The position numbers were made by a program, and so were the translations under genes. Source: an uncultured Gammaproteobacteria bacterium (GTDB lineage: Bacteria > Pseudomonadota > Gammaproteobacteria > SZUA-229). From it: a DNA stretch of 53,748 nt. The notes under the pieces are model-generated. The model saw nothing but the letters and a program-made list of their open reading frames with translations. It searched no databases and was not told the DNA's origin. The stretch lies in the NCBI GenBank assembly GCA_963792545.1, contig CAWBXM010000130.1, positions 1-53,748 on the forward strand, in the 5' to 3' direction. Each line of letters starts with the position of its first letter. Position 1 is the first letter of the stretch. Shown piece by piece: positions 1 to 6,848 of the stretch.

Positions 1-563
1 GAAAAATAATGGCAGTGCCACAGTGATACTGCCAGCAGTGATTGCAATCGGGTGAAAATCGGGTTGCTGCTGTTTTATCAGCACTGAGCCAATAGATTGT
101 GAAGTCGTGCTTATAACGGTTGCTAGTATACCTAGCATAGCGAAGGTTGAGATTGATACTCCCTCGACAAAAACTACAATTAAGCCGATAAAACCAGTCG
201 ACATACCAAATAGCCGTGTGCCTGACAGTCGGGAATCTTTTAATATCAGACTGGCCAGTACACTGGTGATGATGGGCGACAGGCCAAAAATCACAGAAAT
301 CCAGCCACTGGGAATATGCTGTGCTGCCCAGTAAACAAAACTCATCGCGATATACAGTGTAGAGCCGCTGACGAGATAGATGCGTTGCGCTTTTTTGTGC
401 CAGGGAAAATTAATTTTCATTAAGTGCAGTAGAACGAGCAGGGCGATCAGGCCGATCGTCATACGTGCTGCAACTCCAAATTGAAAACCAACATCATGGC
501 CACTCCACTTAATGGCTAATGGTGTTGTGCTCCAGATCAAGATAACCGAAATGTAAGATAACG
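1..563 (-). CDS. EamA/DMT-family transporter, N-terminal part; the gene runs off the left edge
   Basis: I translated the minus strand from GTG 563 (GGAG 8 nt upstream): VSVPLSYISVILIWSTTPLAIKWSGHDVGFQFGVAARMTIGLIALLVLL... It is multi-TM and open to position 1. It is missing from the ORF track because there is no stop in the window. The + ORF 107..334 is its antisense shadow. Confidence 0.7.
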
Positions 564-623
564 GAACTGACACCTTGTGTACTCCATTGTTAATGAATAA
601 TTTTAAAAATAAATAGCAAAAGC

Positions 624-649
624 ATCGCGGAACAAGATTCCGCTCCTAC
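624..649. repeat. REP-like hairpin arm (atcgcggaacaagattccgctcctac)
   Basis: About 22/26 identical to the reverse complement of 24821-24845. It contains the small hairpin gcggaa-caaga-ttccgc. Confidence 0.7.
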
Positions 650-676
650 GGGTGAGCGTTTATCTCTGGCTCTTCG

Positions 677-1066
677 TATTATATTGCCAATCCATGGGTA
701 TGCGTCACATCGCCATCTCTGGCTCTTTGTGCTATACCGCCCATCCCTGGGCATATACGCACCGCCTTCCCTGGCTCCTTGCGCTATACCGCCCATCCCT
801 GGGCATATACGCACCGCCTTCCCTGGCTCCTTGCGCTATACCGCCCATCCCTGGGCATATACGCACCGCCTTCCCTGGCTCCTTGCGCTATACCGCCCAT
901 CCCTGGGCATATACGCACCGCCTTCCCTGGCTCCTTGCGCTATACCGCCCATCCCTGGGCATATACGCACCGCCTTCCCTGGCTCCTTGCGCTATACCGC
1001 CCATCCCTGGGCATATACGCACCGCCTTCCCTGGCTCCTTGCGCTATACCGCCCATCCATGGGCAT
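677..1066. repeat. 52-bp direct tandem repeat array: 6 near-identical units (729-1040), a 26-nt partial unit (1041-1066) and a decayed unit at 677-728, with weaker traces back to about 625
   Basis: The unit gcgctataccgcccatccctgggcatatacgcaccgccttccctggctcctt recurs at 781, 833, 885, 937 and 989. The unit at 729 differs by 1 nt. There are no unique spacers. Confidence 0.95.
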
Positions 1067-1098
1067 AAAAAAGGCCGCTAATTTTGTAGCGGCCTTTT
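1067..1098. terminator. Bidirectional rho-independent terminator with no gene feeding into it
   Basis: aaaaaa-GGCCGCTA-attttg-TAGCGGCC-tttt: an 8-bp GC-rich stem with an A-run on one side and a T-run on the other. Confidence 0.75.
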
Positions 1099-1448
1099 GA
1101 AATTCATTAGTATGATTTAGTTACATAATTGAATGATCAAAAGGCGACCATGTTCGTTTCCAATGGAAGTGATCACATATGAGAATTGTTGCGATTTGTT
1201 CGTTTTGATACAGCATCATTCGATAGTGATTTATATTGCTGGAGCTGTCAATAAGTAATTGATAGTTTTATGAATTTTATGGTTTTCATAATTTTAAATA
1301 GTTAATTAGTACCTCTAGCTTGCTGGTAATGGTTGTGGCCAGGACTATAGTCATTTACATTGTAAAAAAACGCGACGGAAATCGGATTCTTTAACAGTAT
1401 TTGCTGATGTGCTAATGATAAGTCATTGTTTTAGTGTGTGTCTGGAGT

Positions 1449-1464
1449 TGGCACTAAATTTGCT
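1449..1464 (+). promoter_or_regulatory. Sigma-54 (-24/-12) promoter
   Basis: TGGCAC-taaat-TTGCT matches TGGCAC-N5-TTGC exactly. The GC element lies about 45 nt upstream of ATG 1509. Confidence 0.6.
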
Positions 1465-1508
1465 TATCATAATATTCGATATTACTTATACTGTTAAGAG
1501 ATACATCT

Positions 1509-2165
1509 ATGAAAAACTTAAGCTATGCAATTGGACTGGTAACGCTACTATTTAGTCAGGTCTCACAGGCGAATACGCTTATTCTGCCAAGCTTTTTTGA
1601 GCCGAGTCTAATCGGTGCGGGCGGCATTCTTGATAGTGAGTTTGGTCCAGGGAATATGCAGCGTATCGATGATAATCTTGACCAATACTGGAATGTGGCA
1701 GCGGATCAAGTTACGGTCACTGCTGTGGCAAAATATGCCGGTTTCTCTCAGAACTTTGGTTTTATTGACAGTAGTGATAATTTCACATCACTGCTTAATG
1801 TTCCATACATGAACGCGCAAACCAATACTTATAACATTGCTGATTCTGCTTTACCGTTCCGATTTGGTCTGGATCCTAGTGGTTCGCCATTGTTTAGTTC
1901 TGATCCAGCGGATAACGTTATTTGCGGCTGGTTCATCTGTTTATCGCCTAAGGATCATATGGTGAGCTGGTTAATTACTGATGGTCAATATGCTGGTGAT
2001 TACATTCTGGCCTGGGAAGATCTGAAATTTCTAGGAGATCGTGATTATAATGATTTAGTGGTACGTGTTTCAGGTGTCTCTGTAGTGCCAGTCCCAGCTG
2101 CTGTTTGGTTATTTGCATCAGGTCTGTTTGCACTTATTACTGTTTCACGACGCAGTGGTGTCTAA
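1509..2165 (+). CDS. Secreted DUF4114-like protein with a PEP-CTERM-type C-terminal sorting signal
   Basis: N-terminal signal peptide (MKNLSYAIGLVTLLFSQVSQA). DUF4114-like motif WEDLKFLGDRDYNDLVVRV. C-terminus VPVPAAVWLFASGLFALITVSRRSGV, i.e. a VPxPAA motif, a TM helix and a basic tail. Confidence 0.7.
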   Translation: MKNLSYAIGLVTLLFSQVSQANTLILPSFFEPSLIGAGGILDSEFGPGNMQRIDDNLDQYWNVAADQVTVTAVAKYAGFSQNFGFIDSSDNFTSLLNVPYMNAQTNTYNIADSALPFRFGLDPSGSPLFSSDPADNVICGWFICLSPKDHMVSWLITDGQYAGDYILAWEDLKFLGDRDYNDLVVRVSGVSVVPVPAAVWLFASGLFALITVSRRSGV

Positions 2166-2175
2166 TATGTAACTA

Positions 2176-2203
2176 AAGGGCATCTCTATTCATTGCTTGT
2201 GCT
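2176..2203 (+). repeat. 28-nt post-stop motif, copy 1 (aagggcatctctattcattgcttgtgct)
   Basis: 24/28 identical to 2790-2817. It starts 11 nt after the stop of the DUF4114 gene. Confidence 0.7.
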
Positions 2204-2233
2204 CTAAAGTTTAAAAGCACACGGATGAAGAGC

Positions 2234-2260
2234 CACCGTTTTTTGACGGTGGTTTTTTTA
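2234..2260 (+). terminator. Rho-independent terminator
   Basis: ccaccgt-tttttg-acggtgg followed by ttttttt. Confidence 0.8.
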
Positions 2261-2323
2261 TGGAAAAGCAGTGATTTCAGTATTAATATAAACTCTGGTT
2301 TAAATAAATAGCGGTAACTGACA

Positions 2324-2791
2324 ATGACGTTCATAAAAATATTTATAATTTTGATACTTTGTCTGTTAGGTACGCTGTTTTTTACGCTTCATAAAAATGA
2401 CGCCAATCTGTTTCAGGCGCCAGGGTTTAGTAAGCGTTTAACTACCTTTTTAACAACTAATACTGCTGTTACCAAAAATAACCATGAGTTTGAAGAGTTA
2501 CGTATGCCGGTTTTTGAAATACCGGCGGATGTTTTATATAATAATGTGATATTTGCGGGCAGTCAATTGGGCTGGCAAGTAGCTGCCAGCGATAGTGATG
2601 ACCAGAAGATTTATTTTATCGTGTTATCACCCTTGTTTTTATTTAAAGATGATGTTTTCATTCAGGTTCAATTTATAGCGATGAATCAATCAACACTGTA
2701 TATAGAGTCGAGCTCGCGTGTAGGACGTGCGGATATGGCTGCAAACGCTGGCCACATTCAGGCACTGATTAAAAAGCTTAAAATGATGTAA
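2324..2791 (+). CDS. DUF1499-like membrane-anchored protein
   Basis: N-terminal TM helix. The C-terminal SSSRVGRADMAANAGHIQALIKKL resembles the DUF1499 signature (S-R-G-x-D-x-G-x-N). Confidence 0.55.
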   Translation: MTFIKIFIILILCLLGTLFFTLHKNDANLFQAPGFSKRLTTFLTTNTAVTKNNHEFEELRMPVFEIPADVLYNNVIFAGSQLGWQVAASDSDDQKIYFIVLSPLFLFKDDVFIQVQFIAMNQSTLYIESSSRVGRADMAANAGHIQALIKKLKMM

Positions 2792-2817
2792 GGGCACCTC
2801 TATTAATTGCCTATGCT
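2790..2817 (+). repeat. 28-nt post-stop motif, copy 2 (aagggcacctctattaattgcctatgct)
   Basis: 24/28 identical to 2176-2203. It overlaps the DUF1499 stop codon and the last codons of hipA on the opposite strand. Confidence 0.7.
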
Positions 2818-4190
2818 GATAATTTTTCACGAATAGACTCTATTCTGGTTATCAGTCTTTTCTTGTTTTCATCAGGTACTGTTTTTAGTTTATCGACACG
2901 GGAGTTAAACTCAGCAGTTTTTAGCAGCATGTCTTCGATCGTTTTCTCAGCTTGCGATTTGTTTAAGCCACAGCTTTTGGCGAAACGCGTAACGGCCTGT
3001 TGAAGGTTTATCGGGCTGTCACTATCGTCCTGTGTTTCACCATAACCACCAAATGGCATAACGCTTAACATATCGTGTTGCGCGTAGGCGCGCATCGGTG
3101 CCGGGTCATATATTTTTGAAAATTCTTTAACACCGTTACAGCAGCTTATAGACAGGTTTTCCAGATGCAGGTCGCCATTACCGGTAAGCAGGGCCATGAG
3201 CAAACGTTTGAACAGATGAGATTTTGCTTTACTAGTATCACTGATAAACTCGACCGGCGATACATCGATTGCCTGTGCAATTAGATCGTAACGATAATCA
3301 TAGTGATTGTTTAAAGGTATGCCTGAGGCGAATACGGAATACAGGGTTTCGCTACACAGGGGGGCGTTGTTCTGATCACGATCAAATCGCTCGATAGCCA
3401 GTGCGGGCATGCCTTTGAAAACACAGTGCCAGTAGCGTGGTACATCAAAATCGGCTTCGCGATGCATTTCATAGGCGAGCATCTCCAGTTCGATAATGCC
3501 GGGATAACGTGTGGTCTGTTCGAATTTGAGTACCACGTCAATAATGCCTGGTGTTCTTACTTGGGTAGGTAAGCCGATGCGGCCATCCCAGCCAGATGCG
3601 GGTATGGATAATAATAGTTTAGGAATAGCGCCGCCAACACTGGGAGTAGGTCCTACAGTCTGGATAAAAACTTCGATGCCCTCTTCAAACCATGTCATAA
3701 ACTGTTTTAATGAAAAGCCAAGCTCATCGCTGATCTCCATTAACTGGTGATCCGGTGGATTGGCGTACCAGTTTTCTGCGCTGTTATTGTCTTCAAAAAT
3801 ATCAAGATGACCGATGCCGCCGTGGCCGGAAATTTTTAGTATTTCCCAGTCCGCGTTAAAGCTTGTCATGCCCTGACTGGAGAATGATTGTTTATGTTTT
3901 GTTTCCAGATATTTTAGTGCCAGGTTGCGTTGGAAATTATCCGTGCTCCGTGGAGGAATTAGTGACTGTATTGGTGGAAATAAATCAAAAGGTTGTTTGC
4001 GCTCGCGGCTAATACTTGTGTTGCCATAAAATTCAGGGGCGTAAACCAGTCCGAGGCCGGGTAAACCCAGTTGCAGATAATTGTCGTCGTAAGTGAATCG
4101 GCACTCTTTGTCGGTGACATAGAGTCTGCCCATGCGGTTTGGCTGACCACCCAGGCGTGTCCAGACGACGGCCTCGCGATCAGTGTTCAT
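2811..4190 (-). CDS. hipA: HipA-family serine/threonine kinase toxin
   Basis: Motifs VGGAIPK (E. coli VAGAQEK), ALAIERFDRD (E. coli ALAVERFDR), GNGDLHLENLS (E. coli TDGHAKNFS) and YDPAP. I placed the start at the internal ATG 4190 (MNTDREAVVW), which overlaps the hipB stop by 11 nt. The ORF track maximum is 4247. Confidence 0.8.
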   Translation of the reverse strand: MNTDREAVVWTRLGGQPNRMGRLYVTDKECRFTYDDNYLQLGLPGLGLVYAPEFYGNTSISRERKQPFDLFPPIQSLIPPRSTDNFQRNLALKYLETKHKQSFSSQGMTSFNADWEILKISGHGGIGHLDIFEDNNSAENWYANPPDHQLMEISDELGFSLKQFMTWFEEGIEVFIQTVGPTPSVGGAIPKLLLSIPASGWDGRIGLPTQVRTPGIIDVVLKFEQTTRYPGIIELEMLAYEMHREADFDVPRYWHCVFKGMPALAIERFDRDQNNAPLCSETLYSVFASGIPLNNHYDYRYDLIAQAIDVSPVEFISDTSKAKSHLFKRLLMALLTGNGDLHLENLSISCCNGVKEFSKIYDPAPMRAYAQHDMLSVMPFGGYGETQDDSDSPINLQQAVTRFAKSCGLNKSQAEKTIEDMLLKTAEFNSRVDKLKTVPDENKKRLITRIESIREKLSA

Positions 4191-4434
4191 GTGATGAAGG
4201 GAAGAGCGTGCCTTCCTGCACTTTGTCAGCCACCGGGTTATCGGCAATTAACTTTAGTTTGAGGCCGACGACCTGTGCCAGCTGCAATACCGTACTAAAG
4301 CTCAGACTTGAGTTCTTTTTGGCGCGGGACAGTGTTTCCTGACGAATACCGGCACGGGCAGCAAGTTGCCCCTGACTGATGCCTTGCGCCTTGGCGGCGT
4401 CGACGATCTCGTTAATGATGCTGGATTCAGTCAT
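4180..4434 (-). CDS. hipB: XRE-family helix-turn-helix antitoxin (HipB-like)
   Basis: 84 aa. HTH segment ISQGQLAARAGIRQETLSRAKKN. It lies directly upstream of hipA and overlaps it. Confidence 0.75.
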   Translation of the reverse strand: MTESSIINEIVDAAKAQGISQGQLAARAGIRQETLSRAKKNSSLSFSTVLQLAQVVGLKLKLIADNPVADKVQEGTLFPSSHEH

Positions 4435-4474
4435 TGTGATTTAAAACTCATAATAGAGCTTTAAGAATAGCTAA

Positions 4475-4558
4475 TTTGATTATAAAGTCAAATATTATTT
4501 ATTGATTTATATATCAATAGTTATATCGAATATAACTATTATTGATTTTTTTATCAAA
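4475..4558 (-). promoter_or_regulatory. Candidate HipB operator cluster and hipBA promoter region
   Basis: TTGAT-N6-ATCAA at 4502-4517 and 4542-4557. Perfect palindrome agttatat-cga-atataact at 4519-4537. TTGA-N9-TCAA-like site at about 4476-4492. All lie 40-125 nt upstream of hipB. Confidence 0.5.
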
Positions 4559-4621
4559 AAAGGTATTGGTCAGGGCGGTGCTTATAGATTGACTGATTGT
4601 TATTGATTCTTTTATACGGTT

Positions 4622-4755
4622 AAAAACTTTAAAAGCGATTCACCACAGAGACACAGAGGGCACAGAGAAAAACTTTCTATTGTTAAATGCGCCGTAGGCG
4701 CAGTTAACAAATTAAAACTCTGTGCCCTCTGTGTCTCTGTGGTGAAAATTTTTGA
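4622..4755. repeat. Nested-hairpin intergenic repeat, CACAGAG family, copy A
   Basis: Leader aaaaactttaaaagcgattca. Perfect 28-bp arms at 4640-4667 and 4718-4745, built of CACAGAG-type octamers. Inner hairpin at 4682-4708 (gttaaatgcgcc-gtag-gcgcagttaac). Confidence 0.9.
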
Positions 4756-4797
4756 TGTTGTTTTGGCGTTCGAACTTCTGGACGCTATCGGTCATTT

Positions 4798-5802
4798 TTA
4801 TTGCTCAAACAGCTCCGCCTCCATCGACAGGTATACCTGATACGCATTAATGCGGTTACCCTCTTCAAAAGCAGGTAAATTTTTAAACTCTGACCAGTCC
4901 GCATCGGCATAAACTTCATCAAAAGGCTCGAGGTCTTCGATGCCTGTGCCCATCACTTTTCGCAGGTAAGCAAGATAGCGTCTTGTTAATGAAATAGTAT
5001 TTTTCGGGTCTTTAGACGCTGGGCCGTGACCTGGGACGAGAGCAGTCAGGCCGCCGGTTTCAAGTCTGGTTAGTGTGTCCAGCCATTTCTTAGAGTCGGC
5101 ACTGCCAACAAATGGAATGCGTTCCTGGAAAATGATGTCACCAGAAAATAAGACTTTATCAGGCTCTACTAGCATAGTTAGATCGCCGTCAGAGTGTGCT
5201 TTACCCATGAAGTTGAGGGTGAAAGTTAATCCACCCTGTGTGAATTTTGTCGAGCTGGAAACTGTAGTGTCTGGTAGTACCAGATGGGTGTTTTCATTCA
5301 CCCAGGGGTCGAGTGAGAACTGGCGCTCTTCGAGGCGGCTTTTTGCAGCATCTGACTGGATGTATTTTTGTGCGCCATAAGGTGCGATGATCTCAGCACC
5401 TAGCTCTTCGAAAACTTGCAGGCCGTATATATGATCAGCATGGTAGTGACTGACCACCACTTTTTTAATGGGCTGGTCGGTAATCGTTTTGATCTTTTTC
5501 ACCAGCTTATATGCCAGTGAAGGTGTGCCTAGTGAATCAAAAACAACAACACCGTCGTTGGTGACCACAAAACCGGCGTTGGAAATAAAACCTTCGTTAT
5601 CAGTGGCGATGCCCGGTATGCCTTCGACGTAATAAACATGCTCGGAGACTTTTTTAACTTCCATTTTAACGTCTGAAGGCGCGTATTTTATTTTGCTATT
5701 TTGTGCCGAGTTTTGCTGTGCCTGAGTTTGAGCTTGAGCAAGCAGTGGTAGGCCTGGTAAGGCAAGCAGCGTTATAAGCAGTAGTTTATTGCATGTATGC
5801 AT
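4798..5802 (-). CDS. Secreted MBL-fold metallo-hydrolase
   Basis: HYHADH (HxHxDH) zinc motif. Signal peptide MHTCNKLLLITLLALPGLPLLAQA when started at ATG 5802 (AGGAAGG upstream). The ORF track maximum of 5886 would overlap the upstream gene by 100 nt. Confidence 0.75.
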   Translation of the reverse strand: MHTCNKLLLITLLALPGLPLLAQAQTQAQQNSAQNSKIKYAPSDVKMEVKKVSEHVYYVEGIPGIATDNEGFISNAGFVVTNDGVVVFDSLGTPSLAYKLVKKIKTITDQPIKKVVVSHYHADHIYGLQVFEELGAEIIAPYGAQKYIQSDAAKSRLEERQFSLDPWVNENTHLVLPDTTVSSSTKFTQGGLTFTLNFMGKAHSDGDLTMLVEPDKVLFSGDIIFQERIPFVGSADSKKWLDTLTRLETGGLTALVPGHGPASKDPKNTISLTRRYLAYLRKVMGTGIEDLEPFDEVYADADWSEFKNLPAFEEGNRINAYQVYLSMEAELFEQ

Positions 5803-6271
5803 GTCCTTCCTCATATTGTAGTCGAACAATCTCAGCGTCACCCATCGGTACCATTTCGACAAAACCGTGAATATCTTTCGGCGCATAACCTTGAGATTGT
5901 GCGGCTATTTTACACATTTTAATTTTTATCGCTTCACTCACGACCAGGCTTTGCGCACGATGCATGAGCTCCTTGTATTTAGGGTAGTTTTTGATGGCGA
6001 AAAAGTTGAGTTCTGCTCCGTGCAAGACCAGCACGATGGATTGTTCAAATGGGTCAGCGCCGGTAATAGTGCTTAGGTGGCTGGCGCGATCAAGCACGCT
6101 TTCTATTGCCTCGGCAGTTTTAACATGCACGTCATAAACGACTTTTTGTGGTTTGTATTCGGTCGGAGTCAGGGAAGCGCCACCCCAGGGGGCATTATCT
6201 GCATTACCGGCAATAGCTGATGTATTTAATAAGGAGAAGGATAATAATAGGAATAATAGTGGTTTGGTCAT
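5786..6271 (-). CDS. DsrE/DsrF-like family protein with signal peptide
   Basis: 161 aa. N-terminal signal MTKPLLFLLLSFSLLNTSAIAG. The layout resembles COG1416 DsrE-like proteins (VLHGAELNFF ... KMCKIAAQ). Confidence 0.6.
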   Translation of the reverse strand: MTKPLLFLLLSFSLLNTSAIAGNADNAPWGGASLTPTEYKPQKVVYDVHVKTAEAIESVLDRASHLSTITGADPFEQSIVLVLHGAELNFFAIKNYPKYKELMHRAQSLVVSEAIKIKMCKIAAQSQGYAPKDIHGFVEMVPMGDAEIVRLQYEEGHAYMQ

Positions 6272-6391
6272 GGGCTTTTTCCAGTGGATGTGGGATTTAG
6301 CTTTACATTACACTGTTAGACGAATCAAAGAGTAAGATATTCACTGGGATAGTCGCCTGTAGTGATAAACGGCTGGAAGTATGTGGGGAAA

Positions 6392-6426
6392 TAAAAAAGC
6401 GGTGTGAGTAACCAGCTCACACCGCT
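6392..6426 (-). terminator. Rho-independent terminator (minus strand)
   Basis: On the minus strand: agcggtgtgag-ctggtta-ctcacaccgct followed by tttttt. Confidence 0.8.
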
Positions 6427-6562
6427 TGAGCTAACCTCCAGGAGAGTGAGGATTAGCGGAGGTATCAGCCGTAGGAACTATGAAAACCTACGACGAAGTA
6501 ATATTAATATTTACCCTGAATTAGGTAATTGATGCAAGTCAATTAATTATCATGTTTTACAG

Positions 6563-6826
6563 TTACTGACGAATTAAAGCTTCCTTTTGTAATTTAGTCA
6601 GGTTTTTGATCTCATATTCTCTTTTGCAGGCATCGGATCGTGAGTTTGACGGTTCCTGATAAACCAGTGTTACCGGTCGTCTGGCGTGTGTGTATTTGGC
6701 ACCATTTTTTTCGATGCCATTATGTTCATCCAGTCGTTTGAGTATGTTCAGTGTAACACCAGTGTACAGGCTGTTATCGGCACAACGCAGGATGTAAACA
6801 GACCAGCTTTTTAGCTCAGACGACAT
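6563..6826 (-). CDS. GIY-YIG nuclease-family small protein (UPF0213/YhbQ-like)
   Basis: WSVYILRCADNSLYTGVT...RLDEHN...KYTHARRPVTLVY...REYEIKNLTK matches the GIY-YIG pattern. Confidence 0.75.
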   Translation of the reverse strand: MSSELKSWSVYILRCADNSLYTGVTLNILKRLDEHNGIEKNGAKYTHARRPVTLVYQEPSNSRSDACKREYEIKNLTKLQKEALIRQ

Positions 6827-6848
6827 CTTTTAGTTTTAGAGATCAAAC

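Noticed and set aside
677-1066. CRISPR array.
   Set aside because: The copies are directly adjacent with no unique spacers, the unit is 52 bp, and there are no cas genes in the window.
652-1100. Three overlapping + strand ORFs (138, 138 and 100 aa) and the minus ORF 590..814.
   Set aside because: They lie inside the 52-bp tandem array. All three + frames spell the same peptide, rotated, because 52 leaves a remainder of 1 when divided by 3. They have no start context and no protein-like features, so they are repeat artefacts.
4071-4342. + strand ORFs antisense to hipBA (4071..4262 and 4139..4342) as a possible third TA component.
   Set aside because: They are antisense shadows with no SD. 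The hipBA pair is complete without them.
4622-4755. Integron attC sites or a gene-cassette array as an explanation for the hairpin elements.
   Set aside because: There is no integrase. No GTTRRRY core sites sit at the element ends. The flanking genes are ordinary chromosomal orthologs in mixed orientations.
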